Source of the DNA: a virus | Lineage: Duplodnaviria; Caudoviricetes | DNA: 53,939 bases | IMG/VR virus record: IMGVR_UViG_3300032373_000012 | Coordinates: 1 to 53,939 of that record | Direction: 5' to 3' (one strand) | Shown here: positions 9,332-17,623 of the stretch, in pieces | Layout: the number at the start of each line of letters is the position of its first letter | Position numbering within the stretch: position 1 is the stretch's first letter | Made by a program: the position numbers and the translations under genes | The notes under the pieces: model-generated | What the model saw: the letters and a program-made list of their open reading frames with translations, nothing else | What the model was told of the DNA's origin: nothing | Database searches by the model: none

Positions 9332-9462
9332 GCAGATTAGAGTTTAGAGCGTGGGATAAAGGCGGTGAAAGGATGTTAAATAATATTGGTTTTCATCCAT
9401 CAATATGCTGTGAGCTTGTTATACATCGTGACAAAATTCGCCCACCACTTAAAGAGGATTGA
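9328..9462 (+). pseudogene. Truncated YopX-like ORF (44 aa)
   Basis: Not in track; GAGG SD; MSRLEFRAWDKGGERM is a YopX-type N-terminus, then stops early. Confidence 0.55.
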
Positions 9463-9463
9463 T

Positions 9464-9718
9464 ATGAGTATAGATATTGAAGAGGTTATAGAATCAGTTA
9501 AATGGGACATACACCATTTTGATAGAATTAAAGATACAGATTCCAGAAAAATGCTAAAAGTGTTAGAACAGCAACAATCGTTATTAAATAAAATTAAAGT
9601 TGATTTGATGTACCGAGCAGATTTAAAAGGTGCTATTTGTGTTGATTTATCAGATGGTGTATGGATGGAGCTGTGTGAGTTGACAGCATCACCACAAGAT
9701 AAAAAGCCTCAGAAATGA
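9464..9718 (+). CDS. Hypothetical protein with MSIDIE/LEQQQ leader
   Basis: GAGG SD before ATG 9464. Confidence 0.7.
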   Translation: MSIDIEEVIESVKWDIHHFDRIKDTDSRKMLKVLEQQQSLLNKIKVDLMYRADLKGAICVDLSDGVWMELCELTASPQDKKPQK

Positions 9719-9725
9719 GGCTTTT
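9702..9725. terminator. Bidirectional rho-independent terminator
   Basis: AAAAGCCTCA-GAAA-TGAGGCTTTT between convergent genes. Confidence 0.8.
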
Positions 9726-9805
9726 CGTTGACACAACCTGCCAAAACTTGACTTATTAAGGGTCCTGATTTACACTCGAAGTCCTCAGGACGTCTCGTGT
9801 AAATA

Positions 9806-10246
9806 CTAACTTTTACAAAAGTCGTAACTGAATATAATGTTGAACATCTCTTCAGTTATATTGACGGTTCTTTCATTACGTAAGTTCCTAAAAGTAACCG
9901 TTTCCACTGGTGCAATAATTTTATATAGTCGATACTTGTCGTCTTTTTTGCCCCGAAGTTGTCGCAAAATAATACCTAGCTGTTCCTCATTTTTGACTGT
10001 GTAATAAACACCGTTATAAAGCCAGTGTTTATCTGTTATCACATTAAGTGCCGGTCCAGACGTAAAAGCACGTCTAATCGGTGTCTCGCCTATCCTAATA
10101 AAAGAATTATCAACATGCGCGTCACGTTCAAACAAAAATTGCCAAATTTTTTGCCTCTTTAGGTCGTTCCAAGCATGGCCTGGAATTTCCCCTAGTTTAT
10201 GTAATAATCTGACAATACCCCAAAGAACGTTACTTAGATGTCTCAT
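9806..10246 (-). CDS. Hypothetical protein
   Basis: 146-aa ORF at the end of the leftward early operon. Confidence 0.6.
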   Translation of the reverse strand: MRHLSNVLWGIVRLLHKLGEIPGHAWNDLKRQKIWQFLFERDAHVDNSFIRIGETPIRRAFTSGPALNVITDKHWLYNGVYYTVKNEEQLGIILRQLRGKKDDKYRLYKIIAPVETVTFRNLRNERTVNITEEMFNIIFSYDFCKS

Positions 10247-10249
10247 TTA

Positions 10250-10561
10250 CTACCCCGCTAATATTTTAGTTTTGTACTGCCTGTGTTCTCGCTGAGAAGC
10301 GGTTCTTTCGTCCTTGTCATAGTACTGGCGCCACCCTCCGCGCTCTTCGCGCCTTTTTAGATTTTCTACCAACTTTTCAGGCTTTATAATAAACTGTATT
10401 GACCTTTTTGACACACTAAATCGATCTGCTAACTTTTGGTAAGACGTATCGCCCACAGAGTACAGCCGTTTTATCTCGCGCTTATCGTCCGAGGAAAGCT
10501 TAACCCTCCTGTCTTTGCCAGGAGGTAGCTTAACTTTATCTGTTGCCCATTTATACGGCAT
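10250..10561 (-). CDS. HTH DNA-binding protein
   Basis: SYQKLADRFSVSKRSIQFIIKPE. Confidence 0.75.
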   Translation of the reverse strand: MPYKWATDKVKLPPGKDRRVKLSSDDKREIKRLYSVGDTSYQKLADRFSVSKRSIQFIIKPEKLVENLKRREERGGWRQYYDKDERTASQREHRQYKTKILAG

Positions 10562-10764
10562 TACGACATATCTCCGCGTTTACGCCTCAACCGCAAATCT
10601 GCCTGCTTTCGCAAGTGGCGTTCGTAACGTTCAGGAAACATAATAAATTGCACAGATCGTCTATCTATGCCATATTTTTGTGCCAACTTATTCATCGACA
10701 AGTCGTCAATATTTTGCCTGATAGCGAGTCTTATTTCCTCGCTTATTTCTCTTTTTCTGCCCAT
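10561..10764 (-). CDS. HTH DNA-binding protein, paralogue of the adjacent gene
   Basis: SMNKLAQKYGIDRRSVQFIMFPE; AGGAG SD. Confidence 0.75.
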   Translation of the reverse strand: MGRKREISEEIRLAIRQNIDDLSMNKLAQKYGIDRRSVQFIMFPERYERHLRKQADLRLRRKRGDMS

Positions 10765-10842
10765 AAAAATTCTCCTAAGTAATTAACCAATAAATGCAAC
10801 TAAATGATGCGATTCCCCACAATAAGTCGTATGCGCGGCGCT

Positions 10843-11109
10843 TCATGGCTTAACCTGTATGCCAGCATCCTTAGATACTGGGTCTATTCCAGTATTTTCC
10901 TCTTGCGGTAAAATACGGGTGGTGATCATAGTTGTTGTACCTAGTGCCTGAATAAGTATACTTAGTCTGCTGACAATCGCGGCACCTTCCTCGCTAAAAG
11001 TATGCACTTCTTTGAGTGCCTTCTCGTAGGTTTTTTGGTAGAAAGTGCCCATTACTTCTAGGCGTTTTCGGTCCGCTAAGATTCTTTTCTGTAATTTAAT
11101 TAAGTTCAT
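10843..11109 (-). CDS. Hypothetical protein
   Basis: Coupled ORF in early operon. Confidence 0.55.
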   Translation of the reverse strand: MNLIKLQKRILADRKRLEVMGTFYQKTYEKALKEVHTFSEEGAAIVSRLSILIQALGTTTMITTRILPQEENTGIDPVSKDAGIQVKP

Positions 11110-11305
11110 TTTCTCGCTCCTGTGCTATGCACTGTGTTGTTATTGATTCTTTGATTTCTGCCTGCATGCCTACCCTATTCGCGTAGACTGCCAAGATAGA
11201 TATTACTGCCACCACTGCACAAAACATCAAGGACATAAGTACCACGGTGTTAACGTGCCTTTCTATGCGTTGATGGTCTTTTTCATTTAAACTTAAATCG
11301 CTCAT
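11096..11305 (-). CDS. Small membrane protein
   Basis: Hydrophobic VVLMSLMFCAVVAVISILAVYA. Confidence 0.6.
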   Translation of the reverse strand: MSDLSLNEKDHQRIERHVNTVVLMSLMFCAVVAVISILAVYANRVGMQAEIKESITTQCIAQERENELN

Positions 11306-11541
11306 ATTGTGCCACCTTTACATTTTTTCGGGACTAATTGCCACAATGCTTCGTCCCATACCATTATTTGTGCAATGGTGCCTTCAGGATAAAGGACATA
11401 GCTCCTTTTGTCAAAACAAACTGTGTTTATGCCCGGAGGGTTCCCGTGCGTTATTTTTGAGCGTTGCTTTATGTCAATTATCATTAAACCAACGGCTGTC
11501 AGCCATGCAATGACCAATAATTTTGTTAAATAACTAATCAT
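11302..11541 (-). CDS. Small membrane-anchored protein
   Basis: N-terminal hydrophobic helix; GGAGG SD. Confidence 0.6.
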   Translation of the reverse strand: MISYLTKLLVIAWLTAVGLMIIDIKQRSKITHGNPPGINTVCFDKRSYVLYPEGTIAQIMVWDEALWQLVPKKCKGGTI

Positions 11542-11872
11542 TGTTATCCTCCAAAAATTTAGTCGCTGTGCTGTGCAAAAAAGGCATATCTTTGACTTGT
11601 CTTTTGAGCATTTTTATTATGTCGAGCGCCTTATCAAATTTAGTATGAAGTTCAACATAATCTTTTTCAAGTGCCTTGATTTCGTCGTCATGCTCGTCGC
11701 GTTCTTTGTCGTGCAGAAAGTCTTGCACTTCAACTTCTTGTTCAGCGTCCTCCACACGTTGCTCCATAGCGTTGAAGATTGCCTCGGGTTCGCCACCGTC
11801 GGGCAGCAAGTTAGGGTGAGGGTGAATAACTGCATCTCGGTAAACTTCTTGGAATGTTATTTTATTTGACAT
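11534..11872 (-). CDS. Acidic coiled-coil hypothetical protein
   Basis: AAGGA SD; heptad pattern. Confidence 0.65.
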   Translation of the reverse strand: MSNKITFQEVYRDAVIHPHPNLLPDGGEPEAIFNAMEQRVEDAEQEVEVQDFLHDKERDEHDDEIKALEKDYVELHTKFDKALDIIKMLKRQVKDMPFLHSTATKFLEDNND

Positions 11873-12084
11873 TACTTTTGATCCTTAGTTATGGTTAGTA
11901 GTGCACCCGTTTTTGAGTGCGTGATTGTGTGCTCTTTGCCACTGTCTAATTTTGCCATGATTTCGGCGGGTTTGCCTTTCTCGTAAATGTAGTGATTTAC
12001 CAAAAGATTGAAAAGTTCATCTTTACCCCACACTTTTGGCATACCATTAAAGGTTGCTGTAAATGTGCTCATTCTACACCCCAT
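11872..12084 (-). CDS. Hypothetical protein
   Basis: Coupled ORF; true start probably MSTFTAT. Confidence 0.55.
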   Translation of the reverse strand: MGCRMSTFTATFNGMPKVWGKDELFNLLVNHYIYEKGKPAEIMAKLDSGKEHTITHSKTGALLTITKDQK

Positions 12085-12395
12085 GCAGTAACGTCACGTT
12101 TTAAACAGTGTTCCTGTTTGTTGTAACGGTATTTAATGCCGTACAGGTCACAGAATGCCCACATAGAGTGCATTGTAGTATTTTTCAATACTTTCTTTTT
12201 AATAGCTTTTCTCGTAGCCTTAAAAGCCATGTCTTCGGAATGACTACCATAGCCGTATTGAAAAGGTAAGTATATTTTGCGTTCACCTGCAAGGCCAAAA
12301 TTAATGGTCAATTGTGCTGAAAAATAGCTATTGCCATACGTTTTATCAAACCATTCTTTAGTCTGTAAGTCGATAGTTTTGATTGAATGTCTCAT
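12069..12395 (-). CDS. Hypothetical early protein
   Basis: WFDKTYGNSYFS..PFQYGYG; start reassigned to ATG 12395. Confidence 0.65.
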   Translation of the reverse strand: MRHSIKTIDLQTKEWFDKTYGNSYFSAQLTINFGLAGERKIYLPFQYGYGSHSEDMAFKATRKAIKKKVLKNTTMHSMWAFCDLYGIKYRYNKQEHCLKRDVTAWGVE

Positions 12396-12607
12396 GATAG
12401 TAATACCCCTAAAATTTTGATTGATGTGCCATTGCTGCACGTTTCTTGTAAATGAATTAAAAAATGCGCCCTGCCTTCGGCGTCCAATTGAGAATGCAGT
12501 TCTTTGCATTGTTGTTTTTGCCCATTGTAGTAACTGTCCACAATGTAGTCAAAATATTGTGGTACATTCTCAAAGTCGTAACTTTTTGCTAGTTCTAAGT
12601 TAGTCAT
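12392..12607 (-). CDS. Hypothetical early protein
   Basis: YFDYIVDSYYNGQ; start reassigned to ATG 12607. Confidence 0.6.
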   Translation of the reverse strand: MTNLELAKSYDFENVPQYFDYIVDSYYNGQKQQCKELHSQLDAEGRAHFLIHLQETCSNGTSIKILGVLLS

Positions 12608-12927
12608 GACTGTGCCCCACGGTTCTTGACCACTGTTTTTATGTGAATATCCAGTATACCCCAATTAATGCCTTCACAAGCATCATGCGCTTTTTTTGCC
12701 AGTGCTAAGACTTTACGCGCCTCATCTCTGGTAAGTTTGTGCTCTTTAGCATCCGGCATAACTAATATGTCATTGACATGCCAATATATTGCTATTCTAT
12801 CAGGGTTATCGATAATGCCTTTTAGGCGCTCTAATTGCTCTTTAAGGTCGATAATTTCATCCTCTTTAAAATCTAAAGCGTCTTCGAGTATAGCTATTTC
12901 TGATTTAGTTGTAGGTCTGTTATTCAT
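12604..12927 (-). CDS. Hypothetical early protein
   Basis: CAGGA SD; HDACEGINW. Confidence 0.65.
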   Translation of the reverse strand: MNNRPTTKSEIAILEDALDFKEDEIIDLKEQLERLKGIIDNPDRIAIYWHVNDILVMPDAKEHKLTRDEARKVLALAKKAHDACEGINWGILDIHIKTVVKNRGAQS

Positions 12928-12943
12928 AATTTTTTATTCCTGT

Positions 12944-13164
12944 TTAGTTTAAATATAAGTGGTACATTTCGTGTTGTTCAATAACAAAAGTATTGTTACA
13001 CTGGTCACACGTTGTTATTTGTTGGTGACAATTACCTATTACTTGTCTGTGGTCGTGTTTTTCACTATAGCCTTACAATTCCTGCAAGTATGCACATAAT
13101 CACCACCTGTAAAAATAGCAGTAGTATTACTGTAGGCTATATCCCACGGGCAAGTAGTATTCAT
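12944..13164 (-). pseudogene. Frameshift-split Zn-ribbon ORF
   Basis: Frame 0 has CRNC then stops; the -1 frame carries CDQC to a stop at 12944. Confidence 0.45.
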
Positions 13165-13595
13165 GCCATTTTTCCACAATCGTAAAATTCGCAATTGTTG
13201 GCTTCAATACAGTCAGTCAAGCCTTCATCGCTATATCTATACTCAGTTTCTTGGTGTAGTGCTTCAAAAACCTCGGTAAAATCATTCTTGCGTAACCCTT
13301 CAATAACGTCAAAGTCCCAACAAACACCAGTTAGCGGTAAATCATCTTTTTTCAATTCCGCTAGAATAGACTTATCATAGCCATTAAAAGCTATAAATTC
13401 ACCTTGGCAAGGATTAGCCCCTATTGAATAATCAAAAGTGCCGCCCACTTTCTTGCATAAAGCCCGTAAACTTTTGATAAGGTCACTAATTGAATGCTGG
13501 TTTAAATCGTGCCAGTTATCGCGCACCCATTCAAAACATAATTCTTTATGCGGGTGCTCGGCAAGTTCGTATACTATTCTACTTTCTATTCTCAT
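13161..13595 (-). CDS. Acidic hypothetical early protein
   Basis: LPLTGVCWD, EYRYSDE..IEANNCEF; GAGG SD. Confidence 0.7.
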   Translation of the reverse strand: MRIESRIVYELAEHPHKELCFEWVRDNWHDLNQHSISDLIKSLRALCKKVGGTFDYSIGANPCQGEFIAFNGYDKSILAELKKDDLPLTGVCWDFDVIEGLRKNDFTEVFEALHQETEYRYSDEGLTDCIEANNCEFYDCGKMA

Positions 13596-13804
13596 TTGAT
13601 TAATTCCTCATTTAGTTGCTGTGCATAGTTATCTATCCACAGTTTTAATTCTTGTGTAACGTCGTACACAGTAACATCGCGTGAACCGTCTTTTTTAACA
13701 CTGCTCATGCAATGGCCCGTTAAAGTTTTAAACGTCCAACTACTAGCAAAGTTTTGTGCTAATTGATTTGATGGAAAAGTTAAAGTTGCTGTAAATGTCT
13801 TCAT
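13592..13804 (-). CDS. Hypothetical protein
   Basis: Coupled ORF with SD. Confidence 0.6.
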   Translation of the reverse strand: MKTFTATLTFPSNQLAQNFASSWTFKTLTGHCMSSVKKDGSRDVTVYDVTQELKLWIDNYAQQLNEELIK

Positions 13805-14043
13805 GCCTGTCCCCTTGCATCAAAATTATTGTGGAACCTAGCACCAAAAGCCCAGTAATTAGACTGCCTGCTATATTCTTTAATGATCAATATACCTTTA
13901 TCAATTAAAAATTCCTGTGTAAAGGGTGGTACCTTTTTATCTAGCTCTTTAGCCGTGAATAGTTCCCCGCATATAAAATTGGCATATCTGCGTCTTTTGA
14001 CTAAGTATAAAGAATAGTCTTTTTGTGCCTCGAAAAATTTCAT
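13801..14043 (-). CDS. Hypothetical protein
   Basis: GELFTAKE..YWAFGARF; GGAGG SD. Confidence 0.65.
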   Translation of the reverse strand: MKFFEAQKDYSLYLVKRRRYANFICGELFTAKELDKKVPPFTQEFLIDKGILIIKEYSRQSNYWAFGARFHNNFDARGQA

Positions 14044-14046
14044 TTG

Positions 14047-14403
14047 TTATTTATCCTCCAGTTGTGGATTATATGCGTTAGATGGGTAGTTGCTCTTACT
14101 GCCCCATGAGTTAGTATCATCATTGGGTTTAATGTGCACCATTGTGTCCCACAAGCCGCTACATTCTGAGGGGTATAATTTCATATCGCCAATTGTTTTG
14201 AATAAAGCATTTATTGTTTTATTGTCTAAATCTTCGCCTTTTTGGTTAACGAACCCAATCCCGCCCATACTCCAGAAAATAATCCAGTTGTACCTTTTTA
14301 AGATTGGTTTAATTTTTTGGTCAAATATCATGTTGTAGTATTTGTGCTCTATTCTGGCAAAGTCTTTAACTACGTCGTTTAGAGATTCTTGTTTGTTTGA
14401 CAT
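14047..14403 (-). CDS. Hypothetical protein, first gene of leftward early operon
   Basis: CAGGA SD; follows promoter. Confidence 0.65.
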   Translation of the reverse strand: MSNKQESLNDVVKDFARIEHKYYNMIFDQKIKPILKRYNWIIFWSMGGIGFVNQKGEDLDNKTINALFKTIGDMKLYPSECSGLWDTMVHIKPNDDTNSWGSKSNYPSNAYNPQLEDK

Positions 14404-14445
14404 TGTGTTAATTCCTGTTAGTTAGTTAATTAATTTGATAGGTGC

Positions 14446-14474
14446 ATAATAATACACATGGGAAATATAATCAA
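14446..14474 (-). promoter_or_regulatory. Sigma70 promoter
   Basis: TTGATT-17 nt-TATTAT on minus strand. Confidence 0.6.
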
Positions 14475-14477
14475 GTG

Positions 14478-15085
14478 TTAAACGACAAATAAATGAAAAT
14501 AAATGTTACACGACAAAATGGTAATGTTGTGTAAAAAGGCAAGAAACGTATAAAAGCTATATAAATCAATGACTTACGAGAGAAACTGAGAAAAACGTTA
14601 GACGACAAAACAAGAAAAGTGTATATAAATCAATAGGTTAGGTAAGAAACTACAAAAAGCGGGATATTGTAGGAAAAACGTGAAAAATGTATACGAATCA
14701 ATAGGTTACAGCGGAAACTGAGAAAATGAGCATTAAGAGACATACGCAGATATTATTAGACGCGTGTTGTCTAACTTTGAATATATTAAAAAAAAGGTAT
14801 GTATAGTATATATATATATATTATATATTTATTATATAAGTAATTGATTTTAAAAGAAAAAAGTTGTTTTGTCGTCTAATTATTAATGCTGAATTTCTGC
14901 TGTAAGTGGTTGTTTCTAAAGGATAAATTACGTCTGGTCCAAAAAACCCTTTAAAATCAATGACTTAGAATCTTTGAATATATTAAAAGCTGTAAGTCAT
15001 TGAAAACAAAGGATAAATCCTGTTTTGTCCTCTAAGGGTTTTTTATGGTTTTTCTTGTAAGTGTTTGTTTTTAAAGGGTAAATCT
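14478..15085. repeat. Symmetric AT-rich array of IHF-consensus sites and TTAGACGACAAAA boxes; candidate origin or packaging site
   Basis: WATCAANNNNTTR at 14564, 14628, 14696, 14955 (+) and 14837, 14903, 14993, 15058 (-, last three imperfect); central TA tract about 14802-14838. Confidence 0.75.
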
Positions 15086-15114
15086 TGTTTTCTTGGTTTT
15101 AGGATAAATAGTAG

Positions 15115-15143
15115 TTGATTATATTAAATGTAAGTAGTAGTAT
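15115..15143 (+). promoter_or_regulatory. Sigma70 promoter, likely leaderless transcript
   Basis: TTGATT-17 nt-TAGTAT; ATG 15151 lies 7 nt after the -10 box, no SD. Confidence 0.55.
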
Positions 15144-15150
15144 ATGCGCT

Positions 15151-15456
15151 ATGAATAAACACGGCAATAAACGAAACCAGATACCGAAACATATTAAAGA
15201 ATGGATAGGGTATAATTCTGATAAAGGTTATCTTTACTGGATTAAAGATAAAGGCATTAATGTTAAAGCGGGTCAGGTAATGAGCAGGCGGAAATGTAAC
15301 GACGGCTACCCCGTTGTAACATTTGAAGGTAGGTTTTTCAAACAACATAGGGTTGTTTATTTCCTCGTACACGGTACACAGCCGTGGCAGGTGAGGTTTA
15401 AAGATAAAAATAAGGGTAACATAAGGGTAGAGAATTTAAGAGCTGTGATTTGCTAA
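15151..15456 (+). CDS. HNH_3-like protein with degenerate active site
   Basis: Y..DKGYLYWIK..KAGQ..DGY..HRVVYFLVHG..P..VRFKDKNKGNIRVENL; usual DH replaced by RF. Confidence 0.7.
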   Translation: MNKHGNKRNQIPKHIKEWIGYNSDKGYLYWIKDKGINVKAGQVMSRRKCNDGYPVVTFEGRFFKQHRVVYFLVHGTQPWQVRFKDKNKGNIRVENLRAVIC

Positions 15457-15606
15457 AGATTCGGGAAATTAAGTAAAGTAAAAAGTTTACTAAAGAATAC
15501 CGCGAATTCTGTCAGAAAAGTATAAATTCTTAGAACTTTAACCAGGCTTAATCGCCTATCTTTCACAAAAGTATCAAATAACGGTACTTTCTAACAACAG
15601 GAAAAA

Positions 15607-16044
15607 TTGAGTATGCCTATAAACGCAAGAACTAAAGGAAAAACCGCAGAACGTGAAGTTATCAACAAAATAATTCAGCCTATTGTTAATGACGTATGCA
15701 AAGCGCTATCTATTGTGGATATGCCCGTAATTGCTAGGAACCTGCAACAAAGTGATTCAGGCGGCTATGATTTAATTGGCCTACCTTGGTATGCCATAGA
15801 AGTGAAACGTTGCGAAACGTTACTTTTGAGTAAATGGTGGGAACAAACAACCATGCAAGCCGCACCGGATCAGGTGCCAATATTAATTTACAGACAAAAT
15901 CGTAAAAAATGGCGGGTACAACTGCCATGTTTTGTGCCTACCTATCACGGTAGCGGCTTGTGGGTAAAGGGTGACATTGATTTAAATGCTTTTAATGATT
16001 GGTTTAAAACTGATTTAAATGAGCGTATGCAGTACGGCGTGTAA
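15607..16044 (+). CDS. PD-(D/E)XK nuclease, putative Holliday junction resolvase
   Basis: NARTKGKTAEREV, GGYDL, AIEVKR, WWEQ, PILIYRQNR. Confidence 0.8.
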   Translation: MSMPINARTKGKTAEREVINKIIQPIVNDVCKALSIVDMPVIARNLQQSDSGGYDLIGLPWYAIEVKRCETLLLSKWWEQTTMQAAPDQVPILIYRQNRKKWRVQLPCFVPTYHGSGLWVKGDIDLNAFNDWFKTDLNERMQYGV

Positions 16045-16079
16045 TTGATCGTAAAAAAGCGCGATGATTTATGCCAATA

Positions 16080-16106
16080 AAAAAGCCTAAATGACTTAGG
16101 CTTTTT
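16080..16106. terminator. Bidirectional terminator
   Basis: AAAAAGCCTAA-ATGAC-TTAGGCTTTTT between convergent genes. Confidence 0.8.
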
Positions 16107-16221
16107 CTGTATTTAAAACTTAACTATTTAGGTGTTAACCTTTGCTTCTACTTCATAAGTCACCCCGCTTTATTTAAATTAATTAAATGTTTTGTACTGT
16201 GGATACTAGCACGGGCACGGT

Positions 16222-16419
16222 TTAATTGTCAATTACAAAAAAATGATAATCTGCGCCGTAAGCGTAATACACGTCAATACCCTCAACCGTGCCTATGTAT
16301 TCGCTGTGTGTGGGTTTCTCTTGTTCTGTAGTCTCGCATTCATCGAAGACAAACCCCCGCGCCCACTCAAAAACCTCCTTGTCTGTCTTACCCTCTAAAG
16401 TCACATTATACACCTTCAT
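16222..16419 (-). CDS. Small acidic hypothetical protein
   Basis: Coupled ORF. Confidence 0.6.
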   Translation of the reverse strand: MKVYNVTLEGKTDKEVFEWARGFVFDECETTEQEKPTHSEYIGTVEGIDVYYAYGADYHFFVIDN

Positions 16420-16598
16420 TTAAAAGCCCGCCTATTTTCAAACGTTACCCCACCCACTACAAAATAGTCAAGGCGCGCTTTTAAATTAGCTTTAACTTTG
16501 CTTGTTTGTTGGCTAGTCATTCGAAACTGGTTAACAAGATAAGTGCGCAATGTGTCAAAATTGCGCTTAGACTGGTTGTTAATATATACTTTATTCAT
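16416..16598 (-). CDS. Small basic hypothetical protein
   Basis: Coupled ORF. Confidence 0.55.
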   Translation of the reverse strand: MNKVYINNQSKRNFDTLRTYLVNQFRMTSQQTSKVKANLKARLDYFVVGGVTFENRRAFK

Positions 16599-16840
16599 AG
16601 TTTTACACCTTCTGTTTGTTGTATTAAAAAAATCTTAAGTTGTTCGCTACAATCGCATTCATTATAAAAAAATAACTTATCTTTAGCATTTAAAGCTAAA
16701 AACATGTTTGCAGCTTGTCGCCTACTGTTTACGCTTTTAACCTTATACAAATCTTTGATACGTTTAAAGTAATCGTATTGACTGTGAATATTAAGCCTAC
16801 TAGGTAGGGCGCAAATAATAGATTCTAGTGAGTTGTCCAT
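16595..16840 (-). CDS. Hypothetical protein
   Basis: GGAGG SD. Confidence 0.6.
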   Translation of the reverse strand: MDNSLESIICALPSRLNIHSQYDYFKRIKDLYKVKSVNSRRQAANMFLALNAKDKLFFYNECDCSEQLKIFLIQQTEGVKL

Positions 16841-17232
16841 TATGCAACCTCCTCTAAATTAACCGCGCCTAATGTCTGTAAATAGTAGTTGTGTGATTGA
16901 CTCAATTGTCGTGTTACTTCTTCAAAGCTAAACCATGCTAACAAGTTTGTAAATTGAGTAGTACGGTTTAGTACGTCGGACATGTCTATTTTATTCATAA
17001 ACATTAAACACACGTCATTTTCACCTATTTGGTCCATGTACTCTTTAACCATAGGCATAATTTCAGTATCGTATTTTTCAAACCATGCAATTGTATCAAC
17101 ATAGTAGATTAATTCGGATACAATACCCGATTCACAACCGTGTTCTAGTACTTCTTCTATATAATGCGGGTTGTCCACTAGATTCTCTTTTATTATGTCC
17201 ATAACCGCGCGTTCTAATTTGTTTAATCTCAT
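16840..17232 (-). CDS. Acidic early protein, possibly Ocr-like DNA mimic
   Basis: HGCESGIVSELIYYVDT...NLLAWFSFEEV; start reassigned to ATG 17232. Confidence 0.5.
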   Translation of the reverse strand: MRLNKLERAVMDIIKENLVDNPHYIEEVLEHGCESGIVSELIYYVDTIAWFEKYDTEIMPMVKEYMDQIGENDVCLMFMNKIDMSDVLNRTTQFTNLLAWFSFEEVTRQLSQSHNYYLQTLGAVNLEEVA

Positions 17233-17312
17233 GACATACCCCATAACACAATGATAGTAGTAATAGGTAGCATGTAAGCTAGTAGTTTGTAAATGTTGTT
17301 AATGTTAATCAT
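17229..17312 (-). CDS. 27-aa membrane peptide
   Basis: Not in track; AAGGA SD; MININNIYKLLAYMLPITTIIVLWGMS; ATGA-coupled to next gene. Confidence 0.55.
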   Translation of the reverse strand: MININNIYKLLAYMLPITTIIVLWGMS

Positions 17313-17347
17313 TGTTTAATTCCTTCAGTAAGTTAATAAGTGCATTC

Positions 17348-17375
17348 ATTATAGCAAGTCGACCCCCTTTTGCAA
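17348..17375 (-). promoter_or_regulatory. Sigma70 extended -10 promoter
   Basis: TTGCAA-16 nt-TATAAT with TGn extension. Confidence 0.7.
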
Positions 17376-17589
17376 GAATTAACTTAAAATAAGTACTTAT
17401 TATTTTAAATGATGTAAATGTTGTATAGTTACCACAAACCAGGGAAATAAAATAAAAATCTTGACATTCAAAATATATTATGATTCTGAATGTATGGGGT
17501 CTGACCAACCACAAAATTTACAAAATTTCAAACTTAATTTTTCCCACCCTTGTCCTCTAAAAATTTCTACACTTTTTTACACAACACCC

Positions 17590-17618
17590 TTGACAATAGT
17601 AATTGCATATATTAAAAT
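17590..17618 (+). promoter_or_regulatory. Strong sigma70 promoter
   Basis: TTGACA-17 nt-TAAAAT. Confidence 0.8.
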
Positions 17619-17623
17619 GCATC

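Noticed and set aside
14540-14730. Roughly 65-bp periodic repeats as a mini CRISPR array
   Set aside because: Repeats are degenerate, occur in both orientations and match the IHF consensus
17461-17490. TTGACA as a further promoter
   Set aside because: No acceptable -10 box at 16-18 nt spacing
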